This document shows positions 43,901 to 50,937 of a stretch of 64,000 bases of DNA, one piece after another. Below the pieces are notes generated by a model, which searched no databases, was not told the DNA's origin, and saw only the letters and a program-made list of their open reading frames with translations. Origin of the DNA: Limisphaerales bacterium (GTDB taxonomy: Bacteria > Verrucomicrobiota > Verrucomicrobiia > Limisphaerales > SXTU01); contig WRPG01000021.1 in assembly GCA_009773355.1 (NCBI GenBank), forward strand, positions 2,394 to 66,393, in the 5' to 3' direction. The translations under genes were made by a program, and so were the position numbers. Numbering within the stretch: position 1 is the first letter of the stretch; each line of letters begins with the position of its first letter.

Positions 43901-44158
43901 GAGTTCGCTCTGGTCGGGCTTGCCGGGGACGAGGGCGCGCTTGCCGGACTTGGCCGGCTTGAGCGCGGCCTCGCGGAGGTCGAGGCGGAGGCCGGCCTTG
44001 CGCGCGTGTTCATCCGGCCCGTGGCAGGCGAAACACTGGCGAGAGAGAATGGGGCGGACATCGCGCTGAAAATCCGGCGCGGGCGCGGCGGCGAAGATTG
44101 GTAGCGCGCCCAGCAGGGCGGCGAAAGCGGTGGCAAATGGTTTCACGCGGCGAATCAC
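40982..44158 (-). CDS. PSCyt1-DUF1549-DUF1553 (PSD1) protein
   Basis: GTG start at 44158 gives MIRRVKPFATAFAALLGALPIFAAAPAP. Heme-like CFACHGPDEH. DUF1549 block LVRRLYLDLIGLPPTPEE. DUF1553 block CAQCHTHKFDPI. The longer ORF to 45046 overlaps the ApbE gene and is R/A/P-rich. Confidence 0.85.
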   Translation of the reverse strand: MIRRVKPFATAFAALLGALPIFAAAPAPDFQRDVRPILSRQCFACHGPDEHARKAGLRLDLREAALKPAKSGKRALVPGKPDQSELVRRITSTDHNKVMPPPETKKHLTPAEMDTFRRWVASGADYQPHWAFIKPKQAALPKVKQAGWPQNAIDHFILARLEKEGLKPSPPADDYTLVRRLYLDLIGLPPTPEEADDFVRQLSLSRSPTFSPAAGESGQVRRRESELKVIAALVDKLLASPHYGERWARKWLDLARYADTNGYEKDRPRNIWPWRDWVIRALNEGLPFDQFTIQQLAGDLLPAVQGSRFKVQGLDPLVATGFHRNTMLNEEGGIDPLEFRFYAMADRVATTGTTWLGLTLMCAQCHTHKFDPIPQTEYYGVMAFLNNADEPDQDLPDAALDELHRKNLERAATLLAGLPRQFPADTNSTPPVPGAKHLERRFATWLKAERARVVTWTTLRPDEAKSNLPLLTVQPDSSIFASGDISKNDTYTLRFKSVLAGTAALRLEALPDDRLPAHGPGMAYYEGPKGDFFLGEFRVKAASQPVKLARASQTYAKLWLGGDRSSAALAIDGNPETGWGVFERFGERHVAVFHFDQPLAATGDLEVLLQFGRHYACSLGRFRLSATTEAQAAASELTEEAEALLRVPEAQLTTAQRAKLREQFLLVAPELKSARAEIERLRKPPVHQTTLVLRERPLENPRPTHRHHRGEFLSPKEAVAPTVLGVLNPLPAAAPKNRLGFAQWLVSPENPLTARVTVNRQWAAFFGRGLVRTTEDFGLQGDAPTHPELLDWLAVEFMKHDWSLKLLHKLIVTSATYQQSSAVAAEVRRRTEPSTPPIRLLTSAATDPDNRLLSRFPRSRLDAELIRDSVLRASGLLSPKIGGPSVFPPQPASVTQEGVYGGKSWDESKGEDRYRRGLYTFAKRSAPYAMFNTFDGPSGEACVARRDVSNTPLQALTLLNDTVILEAAQALGRQLAAQPGSIETRVETLFRRCLTRPPTANERAQLVKFFETQRARFASGELKAADFAGKGDGDANDRAAWTALARALLNLDEMIAKG
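41622..41692. repeat. 25-bp-arm palindrome inside the DUF1553 coding region (same family as 29030-29106)
   Basis: gtagccgccgaggtgaggaggcgga - loop - tccgcctcctgacctcggcggctac (1 mismatch). Translated as AAEVRRRTEPSTPPIRLLTSAAT. Confidence 0.85.
43221..43248. repeat. Four tandem ccttgaa heptamers inside the DUF1549 region
   Basis: ccttgaa x4 read directly. Translated as VQGSRFKVQG just before the conserved ATGFHRN block. Confidence 0.85.
43478..43558. repeat. 81-nt imperfect palindrome inside the DUF1549/DUF1553 gene
   Basis: cagctcactttcccgccttctcacctgcccactttc ... gagaaagtgggagagcgggaaagtgagagctg. ctcactttcccgc pairs with gcgggaaagtgag. Translated as QLSLSRSPTFSPAAGESGQVRRRESEL. Confidence 0.7.
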
Positions 44159-44201
44159 GACGGGAGAATAGACGAGTGGAAGGCGCGAGGGAATGCGTGA
44201 A

Positions 44202-44297
44202 AGTAGGACAGCGCGCCCCGCCTGTCTGTCTGACTGAAAGCTTCCGCTTGAGCGGGCGAAACTAGATGGTAGGTCAGGCGGGACGCGCTGACCTACT
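44202..44297. repeat. ~95-nt palindrome-ended element, copy A of 3
   Basis: agtaggacagcgcgccccgcctgtc...ccgcttgagcgg...gtcaggcgggacgcgctgacctact. The TAG stop of the ApbE gene (44293-44295) lies in the terminal arm. Confidence 0.85.
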
Positions 44298-45372
44298 TGT
44301 CGTAGAAGCGTGCGAAGCTCGGCGACTCCGAGACTTCGACGCGTTCGCCGGGCTTGCGGACGACGCGGGCGGATGCACCGGGCGTGCCGTTCACTAATGC
44401 CAACCCGCGCTCTGGGCCGACTACGCACGTCGTCGTGGAGAGGCTGTTCGCCGTCACGCAATCGCGCGCGATGACCGTCACGAGGCTGTGGTCGGTCATG
44501 CCCAGGCCCGTGTGCGGGTCCACGATGTGGGAGTAGCGCTTGCCGCCCAGCTCGACGTGCTGGAACAAATCGCCGGAGGTCGCGAAGCCGCAGTTGCGGA
44601 GCGAAAGGAACTGCGTGGGCGGGGCACCGGGCGCGTCGAGCGGCGCGAGCTCGATGCGCCAGCCGGTGCGACCCGGCGGCGGGTCGCCGAGAGCCATGTC
44701 GCCGCTGCCGGTGACGAGCGCGCGGGGGATGCCGTGACTGCGTAACTCGCGAAGCGCTTCGTCGAGCGCACGTCCCTTGGCGATGGAGCCGAGGTCGAGG
44801 CGCATTCCTGACACGAGCAGCTTCGCGGTGTGCGCGCGCGGGTCGAGGACAACCTTCTGCCAGCCGACACGGGACTTGGCCTCCGCGATGACTTCGGGCG
44901 TGGGCAGTTCGCGCTGTCGCCGCGCGCGTCGCCAAACTTGCACGAGGGGACCGACGGTGATGTCGAACGCGCCGTCCGACCGTCGCGACATGGTTTCCGC
45001 TATGTTCAGCAGGCGCCATAACTCGTCGCTCACGGGCACAGCGCAACCGCTGCCGGAGCTGCGGGACAGCAGGGTCAACTCGCTGTCATCCTCGTAGTCG
45101 CTGAAGACTTGGTTCAGCTCCGCGACGCGGGCGAAGGCGGCGCGGGCAGCGGCTTCAGCGAGGCTCGGACTCTCCGCATACAACACGATGCGGAAGGGCA
45201 GGCCCATCTGCGGCTGCTCGAACTCGAAGCGTTGGAGTGCCGATGGCGATGTGGTGCGGCAGGCATTCGCGCCAAGCAACGCGAAGGGGAGCAGGAGCAG
45301 GCTGGCGCGGCGTGATTGAAGGTGTGCGTCGGCGTGCGTCTCGGTCCGTCCCCTCACCCCGGCCCTTTCCAT
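44293..45372 (-). CDS. apbE: FAD:protein FMN transferase (ApbE family)
   Basis: AFDITVGPLV, LDLGSIAKGRALD and YSHIVDPHTGLG are ApbE signatures. ATG at 45372 (MERAGVRG...LLLLPFALLGANAC). Confidence 0.85.
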   Translation of the reverse strand: MERAGVRGRTETHADAHLQSRRASLLLLPFALLGANACRTTSPSALQRFEFEQPQMGLPFRIVLYAESPSLAEAAARAAFARVAELNQVFSDYEDDSELTLLSRSSGSGCAVPVSDELWRLLNIAETMSRRSDGAFDITVGPLVQVWRRARRQRELPTPEVIAEAKSRVGWQKVVLDPRAHTAKLLVSGMRLDLGSIAKGRALDEALRELRSHGIPRALVTGSGDMALGDPPPGRTGWRIELAPLDAPGAPPTQFLSLRNCGFATSGDLFQHVELGGKRYSHIVDPHTGLGMTDHSLVTVIARDCVTANSLSTTTCVVGPERGLALVNGTPGASARVVRKPGERVEVSESPSFARFYDK

Positions 45373-45381
45373 GAACCGGAT

Positions 45382-45448
45382 GGAGCGCAGGTGTCCAACC
45401 TGCGCGAGGTAACCGGACACGAACGCGCAGGATGGACTCCTGCGCTCC
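45382..45448. repeat. Palindrome of the ggagcgcagg-gtcca-cctgcg family (intergenic copy)
   Basis: ggagcgcaggtgtccaacctgcgcg - loop - cgcgcaggatggactcctgcgctcc. The first 22 nt are identical to the left arm of the copy inside the M28 peptidase gene (31373). Confidence 0.85.
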
Positions 45449-45594
45449 GGCTCAGGGGCCGAACTCGCGGCCAGCGGCGGGCCGTTGGTTCTCCCCCCCG
45501 GTGGGGGCGAGGGGGAAGAGGCCGGGGGCCGCACAGGGCCGTTTTCCGGCTGGCCGCAAGGCGCGGTGCGGCTATGCTGCCGGGAGGAATTCAT

Positions 45595-46461
45595 ATGAGA
45601 CACTTCACGTTCGCGGTGATTGATACCGAGTTGCTCAACAAAATCACAGAGCAAGGCGTCGCCTTCCTGTTCGACTACGGTCCGAAGCTGCTCGGCGCGG
45701 CCATCATCCTGATTGTCGGCCTGCTGGTCGCCATGCAGGTGGGCAAGGTGTTGCAACGCTGGCTGGGCAAGAAGGATTTGGAGCCGCCCGTCCGCATCCT
45801 TATCGTGCGCGTGGCGCGGCTGATGGTGATGGGGCTGACGTTGATGCTCGTGCTGGAGAAGGTCGGCGTGGCCATCGCGCCCATCATCGCCGGCCTTGGC
45901 GTGGCGGGCGTGGGCGTGGGACTCGCGTTGCAAGGCGTGCTCGGCAACCTCATGGCCGGCCTGCTCATCATTTTCACGAAGCCGTTCCGCGTCGGCGAAT
46001 ACATCGAGATTCACGGCGTTCACGGGCAGGTCCATGCCATCGAGCTGTTCTCGGTCATCCTGGTCCACGCGGACCGGTCGCGCGTGGTCATCCCGAACCG
46101 CAAGGTCATCGGCGAGATTCTGCACAACTACGGCTCCATCCGGCAGCTCGACCTGAGCGTGGGCGTGGCCTACTCGACGGACTTGAACAAGGCGCTCAAC
46201 GCGGTCAACGCCGTGCTGGCGCGGACTCCGACCGTGCTGAAGGAACCGGCTCCGGTCGTGGGCGTCGCGTCGTTCGGTGATTCCGCCGTGAACATTGCTG
46301 TCAAGCCGTGGACGAAAGTCGGGGACTTCGGTCCGGCGGCGGCGGAAGTGAACAAGGCGCTGGCCGAGGAGTTCCGCAAGCAGGGCATCGAGATTCCGTT
46401 CCCACAGAGGGAAATCCGCGTGCTCAACGCGGGCGAGCCGCCGGCCATCCGGGCCGCTTGA
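45595..46461 (+). CDS. Small-conductance mechanosensitive channel (MscS family)
   Basis: Three TM helices, then GVGLALQGVLGNLMAGLLIIFTKPFRVGEYIEIHGVHGQVHAIELFSVILVHADRSRVVIPN. ATG at 45574 is an alternative start. Confidence 0.85.
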   Translation: MRHFTFAVIDTELLNKITEQGVAFLFDYGPKLLGAAIILIVGLLVAMQVGKVLQRWLGKKDLEPPVRILIVRVARLMVMGLTLMLVLEKVGVAIAPIIAGLGVAGVGVGLALQGVLGNLMAGLLIIFTKPFRVGEYIEIHGVHGQVHAIELFSVILVHADRSRVVIPNRKVIGEILHNYGSIRQLDLSVGVAYSTDLNKALNAVNAVLARTPTVLKEPAPVVGVASFGDSAVNIAVKPWTKVGDFGPAAAEVNKALAEEFRKQGIEIPFPQREIRVLNAGEPPAIRAA

Positions 46462-46494
46462 CACAGGAAAGGAACCGCAATGTCGGCACTTTGA

Positions 46495-46588
46495 AGTAGG
46501 ACAGTGCGTCCCGCCTGTCTTTCTGATTTCAGATCCCGCTCAAGCGGTTTCCTTCAAATGGTAGGCAGGCTGGAAGCACTGTCCTACT
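46495..46588. repeat. ~95-nt palindrome-ended element, copy B of 3
   Basis: agtaggacagtgcgtcccgcctgtc...ccgctcaagcgg...ggcaggctggaagcactgtcctact. The TAG stop of the 46584..48002 gene lies in the terminal arm. Confidence 0.85.
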
Positions 46589-48002
46589 TAACGAACGCGT
46601 AGAGTGCCGTGAGCGTGCGGACGTATATCACGTTTTCCACCAGCGCGGGCGAGGCGGAGATGCGTTCGCTGAATTCCGCCTGGTGCAGAATCTTCGGCGC
46701 GTCGCCGCCGGCATCGAGGACCGTGACCTTGCCGTTCAGCGACGCCACGTAGATGCGCCCGTCCGCCGCGACGGGCGACGCGTAGTAGCTGCCGATGGCG
46801 TTGAGCCGCTCCTGCTGGTAGTGGACCTTGCCCGTCTTCGCGTCGAAGCTCGACGCCAGCCCGCCGTCCTTCACAAGGAAGACGCGGCCGCGATAGTGCA
46901 GCGCCGACGGCACGTAGGGCAGGCCGCGCGTCTGCTTCCACGCCAAGGCGTCCTCGCTCAACTCGCCCTTGCCGCCGGGCTTCACGGCCACCAGCACGTT
47001 CTCGCCCTTGGCCATGTTGGCCGCCAGGGCATCCATGTCTTCTTTGGTGATTTTGCCGTCGCGGTTCACGTCCAGCGAGCGGAAGAACGATTCCATCTCC
47101 GTGCCCTTCATCTCGTCCGGCGTGAGCGCGCCGTCCTTGTTTTTGTCCATCTGCGACATCCCGGCCCACGTCGGCATCGTGTTGGCCTCCTTGCCCGGTG
47201 CCCAGCCGGCGAAGAAGAGCAGGCCGTCGCCGACCACCGGAGTTGTGCAGGTGAAGGACGGCAAGCCCGCCAGCGACCACCGTTCCGCGCCGGTCTTGAG
47301 GTCATAGGCCTTGAGCTTGATGGAGCCGGACATGACGACCTCGTCCACGCCCGCGCTCTTCCAGAGAATCGGCGTGCCGAAGCCGGGACCGACATCTGTG
47401 CGCGGGGCTTCCCATGCTTTCTTGCCGGTCTTCAAGTCCACCGCCAGCAGCGAGCAAGGCCCGGCCTGGTCGCGGTTCACGAGCACCACGCCGCCCGCGA
47501 GCACGGGCGAACCGCCGGAGCCGAAGCTGCCGGGCGACTGGATGGTCGGGAGCTTGTGCTGCCAGAGTTCCTTGCCGCTGAAGTCGTGGGCCACCAGCCC
47601 GGACGAGCCGAAGTAACTGATGACGGTCTTGCCATCGGTTGCGGGAGTGGATGCGGCGGGGCTGCCCTCGGTGGCGTGGAATTCTTCAAGCTGCCCGGCG
47701 GGCGCGGGGCGCTTCCAGAGCAGCTTGCCATCGCGCCGCGCGTAGCAGTGCGTCTCCAGCTTCTTGCCGTCGAAGGTCGTGAGGAAAATCCGGTCGCCCC
47801 ACACGCACGGCGAGGACGCGCCCGAGGGCACGATGTTTTTCCAAAGCTGATTCTTGCCAGGGCCGAACTCGACGGGCGGCTTGGCGGTGTCGGAGACGCC
47901 GGACGCGTTTGGCCCGCGGAACTGCGGCCACCAGGTTTCGGCGGCGAAGAGCGCGGTGTGGACAACGAAGCAGAGGGTGAGGAACAGGGTTTTCACTTTC
48001 AT
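46584..48002 (-). CDS. PQQ-like (BamB-type) beta-propeller protein with an inserted EF-hand pair
   Basis: Signal peptide MKVKTLFLTLCFVVHTALFAA. Repeated propeller strands (SSPCVWGDRIFL, GSPVLAGGVVLV, TTPVVGDGLLFF, ASPVAADGRIYV). Canonical Ca-binding loops DKNKDGALTPDE and DVNRDGKITKED. Confidence 0.8.
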   Translation of the reverse strand: MKVKTLFLTLCFVVHTALFAAETWWPQFRGPNASGVSDTAKPPVEFGPGKNQLWKNIVPSGASSPCVWGDRIFLTTFDGKKLETHCYARRDGKLLWKRPAPAGQLEEFHATEGSPAASTPATDGKTVISYFGSSGLVAHDFSGKELWQHKLPTIQSPGSFGSGGSPVLAGGVVLVNRDQAGPCSLLAVDLKTGKKAWEAPRTDVGPGFGTPILWKSAGVDEVVMSGSIKLKAYDLKTGAERWSLAGLPSFTCTTPVVGDGLLFFAGWAPGKEANTMPTWAGMSQMDKNKDGALTPDEMKGTEMESFFRSLDVNRDGKITKEDMDALAANMAKGENVLVAVKPGGKGELSEDALAWKQTRGLPYVPSALHYRGRVFLVKDGGLASSFDAKTGKVHYQQERLNAIGSYYASPVAADGRIYVASLNGKVTVLDAGGDAPKILHQAEFSERISASPALVENVIYVRTLTALYAFVK

Positions 48003-48079
48003 GGCGGCGGGATTATGCGGAAGGACGCGCGGGAGGCAAGTGTGCGGCGGTGGCATGATGGCACTTTTCGAGTTGCTCA

Positions 48080-48174
48080 AGTAGGACAGCACGTCTCGCC
48101 TGTCCCTCTGACTTTCTGTTTCCGCTCAAGCGGGGCGTTTCAAATGGAGGACAGGCTGGAAGCACTGTCCTACT
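48080..48174. repeat. ~95-nt palindrome-ended element, copy C of 3
   Basis: agtaggacagcacgtctcgcctgtc...ccgctcaagcgg...gacaggctggaagcactgtcctact. Ends 1 nt before the TGA stop of the PfkB kinase gene. Confidence 0.85.
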
Positions 48175-48175
48175 T

Positions 48176-49195
48176 TCACGGCAGCAGCAGCTCGCGGATT
48201 TGCGCCACGCTGGCGGTGCCGGTGGTGCCGAGCTGGTGGACGACGACGGATGCGGCGGCGTTCGCCAACTCGATGGCCTCGCGCAGCGTCGCGCCGGCGG
48301 CGAGCGCGGCGGTGAGGTTGGCGGTGACGGAATCGCCCGCGCCGACGATGTCAATCGGCCCACGCAAGGGATGGCAGGGGACGTGTTCCACCTCACCGCT
48401 TGGAGCCGCGCCGAGGATGCCACGCTCGGAGAGGGTGACGAAGACTTCGCGGCCGTTTTGCTTGGCCAGCGCGAGCGTGGATTCGCTGAGGCGACGCAAA
48501 TCCGCGTCGCCGGGCAATCCCGCCAGGCCGCACAACTCGGCGGCGTTCATCTTGAAAGTAACGGGCGGATACCCCCGCAGGCCGCGCCGGCAGTCCGCCA
48601 CGACCGGCGTGCCCGGGTTGCCGTGCGGGAAACCTCCCAACAGAGGCAGGATGCGCGCCGTGATGACGCCGGTGTTCGGCACGTCCACCTGGTCCATCAC
48701 GGCCACGCCGTCCACTTGCAGCCGGAGTTCTTCGATGGACTGCCAGACGCGTCCCTCGACCAACGCAGGCGTCGGTTCCCAGTTCTTGGAATCCAGCCGG
48801 CTGAGTTCCTCCGGTGGCTGGCCGGGGTGCATGAGCAGCGGCTTGCAGTAAGTGAACGTGCGTCGGAGCGGCGTCTGGCGGAAGTGCTCCAAGTCCACTC
48901 CGGGCAAAGCCGCGAGCGCGCGGTGCAGTTCGAAGCCCTCGCCGTCCACGCCGTGGAAACCCACGGGCCAAAGCTTGCCAACGCCCAGCGCGACGAGGTT
49001 GTTCAGGATGGTGCCAGCCGCGCCCGGCTGCGAGCGCACGCGAACGACGTTGTGGACGGGCAGGCCGGTCTCGATGGAGATCTCAGCCCGCGCCGGGTCA
49101 ATCTCCAGATAGCGGTCGAGGCAGAAGTCGCCGACGAGCGCGAGGCGTAACGAGGCGTAGCGGCCGGTAATTTCAGCGAAGCGGGCCGGGGTCAT
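48176..49195 (-). CDS. PfkB-family carbohydrate kinase (RfaE domain I / ribokinase-like)
   Basis: LALVGDFCLDRY, GAAGTILNNLVALG, C-terminal DIVGAGDSVTANLTAAL anion-hole motif. Confidence 0.8.
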   Translation of the reverse strand: MTPARFAEITGRYASLRLALVGDFCLDRYLEIDPARAEISIETGLPVHNVVRVRSQPGAAGTILNNLVALGVGKLWPVGFHGVDGEGFELHRALAALPGVDLEHFRQTPLRRTFTYCKPLLMHPGQPPEELSRLDSKNWEPTPALVEGRVWQSIEELRLQVDGVAVMDQVDVPNTGVITARILPLLGGFPHGNPGTPVVADCRRGLRGYPPVTFKMNAAELCGLAGLPGDADLRRLSESTLALAKQNGREVFVTLSERGILGAAPSGEVEHVPCHPLRGPIDIVGAGDSVTANLTAALAAGATLREAIELANAAASVVVHQLGTTGTASVAQIRELLLP

Positions 49196-49197
49196 GA

Positions 49198-49298
49198 GAC
49201 GGAATGCGTAATGGGTAATGCGTAAAACGTAAGGCGGGCGTTTGAACCCGTGACGCGCGTGGTGACTGGGTTACGCATTACGTTTTACGTTTTACTCC
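49198..49298. repeat. cgtaaNN/NNttacg heptamer hairpin
   Basis: cggaatg cgtaatg ggtaatg cgtaaaa cgtaagg - spacer - ggttacg cattacg ttttacg ttttact. Fills the whole gap between two co-oriented genes. Confidence 0.85.
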
Positions 49299-49299
49299 T

Positions 49300-50478
49300 T
49301 CACCACTTGTAGCGCGGTTCGGGGTTCGGGTCGCCGATGTCGGGGATGTCCTTCGTCGCGGTGCGGCCGTGCAGCGTTTCCAGCTTGTGGAAGAGGTGAT
49401 GGAGGAAGGCCACGTTGTCACACTGCGCGTAGTGCATCGCGCCGCCCATGCGCGAGAAGCTCTTGCAGAAGCGGAGGTAGTAGGCCGGGTTGTCGCGTGG
49501 CGGCTCGCCCTGGGTCCAGTCCCAGTTGCCGCCGTCCTGCAAGTCCACGACGTAGATGCTGTGGCCGCTGACGATGGGGCGGCCCGCTTGCAGGCGGAGG
49601 TTGTTCACGCAACTGATGCTCTTCTCGAATACCTGCGGCCCCATGATGGCCGAGCCGACGCTCAGCACCACGCCGCCATCGAGCTTCTCCACCGAGCCGC
49701 CGAACAGCGCGAAGTCCACGCCCGCCGCGCGACCGATGACGCCGCCGTTGAACCAAGGGTGGTTCGAGATGATGTCGTAGCCGATGCCGGGGTGGACGGT
49801 GAAGGGCACTTCGTGCCGCGCGGCTTGAGCAAGCACGCTGCTGTTGCGGTGCGGGTGCGCGACGATCTGTGGGCCTGGCTTGAGTCCGAAGCGCTGGATG
49901 GCTTGCAGCAAGTCCGCGCGCGCGGGCGTGAGCGGGTGGCCCGGCTCGGCTTGAATTTGCTTTGTCAGCTCGGCCTCGGTCGGGATGAAGCCGCCGTCCT
50001 CGTAGATGAACTTGCCGAGCGATTTGCCGTAGCCGAAGCCGCGCACGCCGCCGAGCAGCAGCGCGAGGTGGATGTAGCGCCCCGTCTCGTCCCAGGTGCC
50101 GAAGCTGCCGGTGGCGACGTTGTCACGCACGCTCTCGGTGGAGCGGCCCAGCCAAGAGAACTCCCAGTCGTGAATCGTTCCGGCACCGTTCGTTGCGAGG
50201 TGAGTGAGGAATCCGCGGTCGAGCATCTGGCCGAGCAGGAGTTGCCCACCGTTCTTCACGAGATGCGCGCCGTAGATGAACATGACCGCCGCGCCACGCT
50301 CGAGCGCGGCCTTGATGTCGCGGGCGCAGCGCTCGATGAGCGCGGCGTTGAAGTCGCTGACGGGCGGTGGCGTGTTCGTCGGCTCGATGAGCACCTCGTC
50401 CACCGTGCTCAGGCTTTTGCGCTGCGCGAGCGGGAACACGCGGACTTTGGAGAGGTCGAGAGGGTCGGGAGATTGCAT
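49300..50478 (-). CDS. Deoxyhypusine-synthase-like family protein (distant, tentative)
   Basis: ATG at 50478 (MQSPDPLDLSKV...). AAVMFIYGAHLVKNGGQLLLGQMLDRGFLTHLATNGAGTIHDWE parallels the DHS block FLGYTSNLISSG...VDVLVTTAGGVEED. VPFTVHPGIGYDII and GVVLSVGSAIMGPQVFE parallel later DHS blocks (from memory). Confidence 0.45.
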   Translation of the reverse strand: MQSPDPLDLSKVRVFPLAQRKSLSTVDEVLIEPTNTPPPVSDFNAALIERCARDIKAALERGAAVMFIYGAHLVKNGGQLLLGQMLDRGFLTHLATNGAGTIHDWEFSWLGRSTESVRDNVATGSFGTWDETGRYIHLALLLGGVRGFGYGKSLGKFIYEDGGFIPTEAELTKQIQAEPGHPLTPARADLLQAIQRFGLKPGPQIVAHPHRNSSVLAQAARHEVPFTVHPGIGYDIISNHPWFNGGVIGRAAGVDFALFGGSVEKLDGGVVLSVGSAIMGPQVFEKSISCVNNLRLQAGRPIVSGHSIYVVDLQDGGNWDWTQGEPPRDNPAYYLRFCKSFSRMGGAMHYAQCDNVAFLHHLFHKLETLHGRTATKDIPDIGDPNPEPRYKW

Positions 50479-50619
50479 TGAGATTAGAAACCTGATCGTT
50501 GCCAACGCCCAAGTTCGGCGAACATCGCCGTCGGCGCGCAGCGGTTGCAAGGGGCGGTCAGGAAGTTCCAGTAGCCATCTACTTGCCAATCGGTGCGGCG
50601 TTTGGTTGTAGCACGCTCG

Positions 50620-50937
50620 TTAGCTCTCATCGTGTGAACAAGCTAAAGCCTCGGCAGCGAGGCCACGAGCAGTATTGATGCTGTCCGTGTGACTGTTGCT
50701 GCCATACTCATGCCAAAATGCTCCTTGCCCGGCTTCCCAGTCAGTGGTGTCCCACCGTTGAGCGTAAACCCGATACAGGTCACTTTGGTCAACCGTTATG
50801 ATGACGCGCTCTCGCTTGGACTCTGAGTAAATCGTCTCGACGATGCGCTCGCTAGGGAACGAAGGCTGGTCTGCCACATCTGGTGGCGGTGTTGGCCCAA
50901 AGTCAGAAAGGAAAAAACGACGAAAGAAGCCGCTCAT
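50620..50937 (-). CDS. Hypothetical small protein (orphan, lower GC), translationally coupled to the upstream HAD gene
   Basis: ATGA overlap at 50934-50937. MSGFFRRFFLSDFGPTPPPDVADQPSFPSERIVETIYSE... has protein-like composition in an AT-richer stretch. Confidence 0.5.
   Translation of the reverse strand: MSGFFRRFFLSDFGPTPPPDVADQPSFPSERIVETIYSESKRERVIITVDQSDLYRVYAQRWDTTDWEAGQGAFWHEYGSNSHTDSINTARGLAAEALACSHDES

Noticed and set aside
44159-45046. N-terminal extension of the DUF1553 ORF (40982..45046) beyond the GTG at 44158.
   Set aside because: The extension is R/A/P-rich, overlaps the ApbE gene in another frame and crosses the 95-nt repeat. A good signal peptide starts at the GTG at 44158.
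45373-46464. Upstream extension of the ApbE ORF (44293..46464).
   Set aside because: It is antisense to the MscS gene, has non-protein-like composition and crosses the 45382-45448 palindrome. ATG 45372 precedes a hydrophobic signal-like segment.
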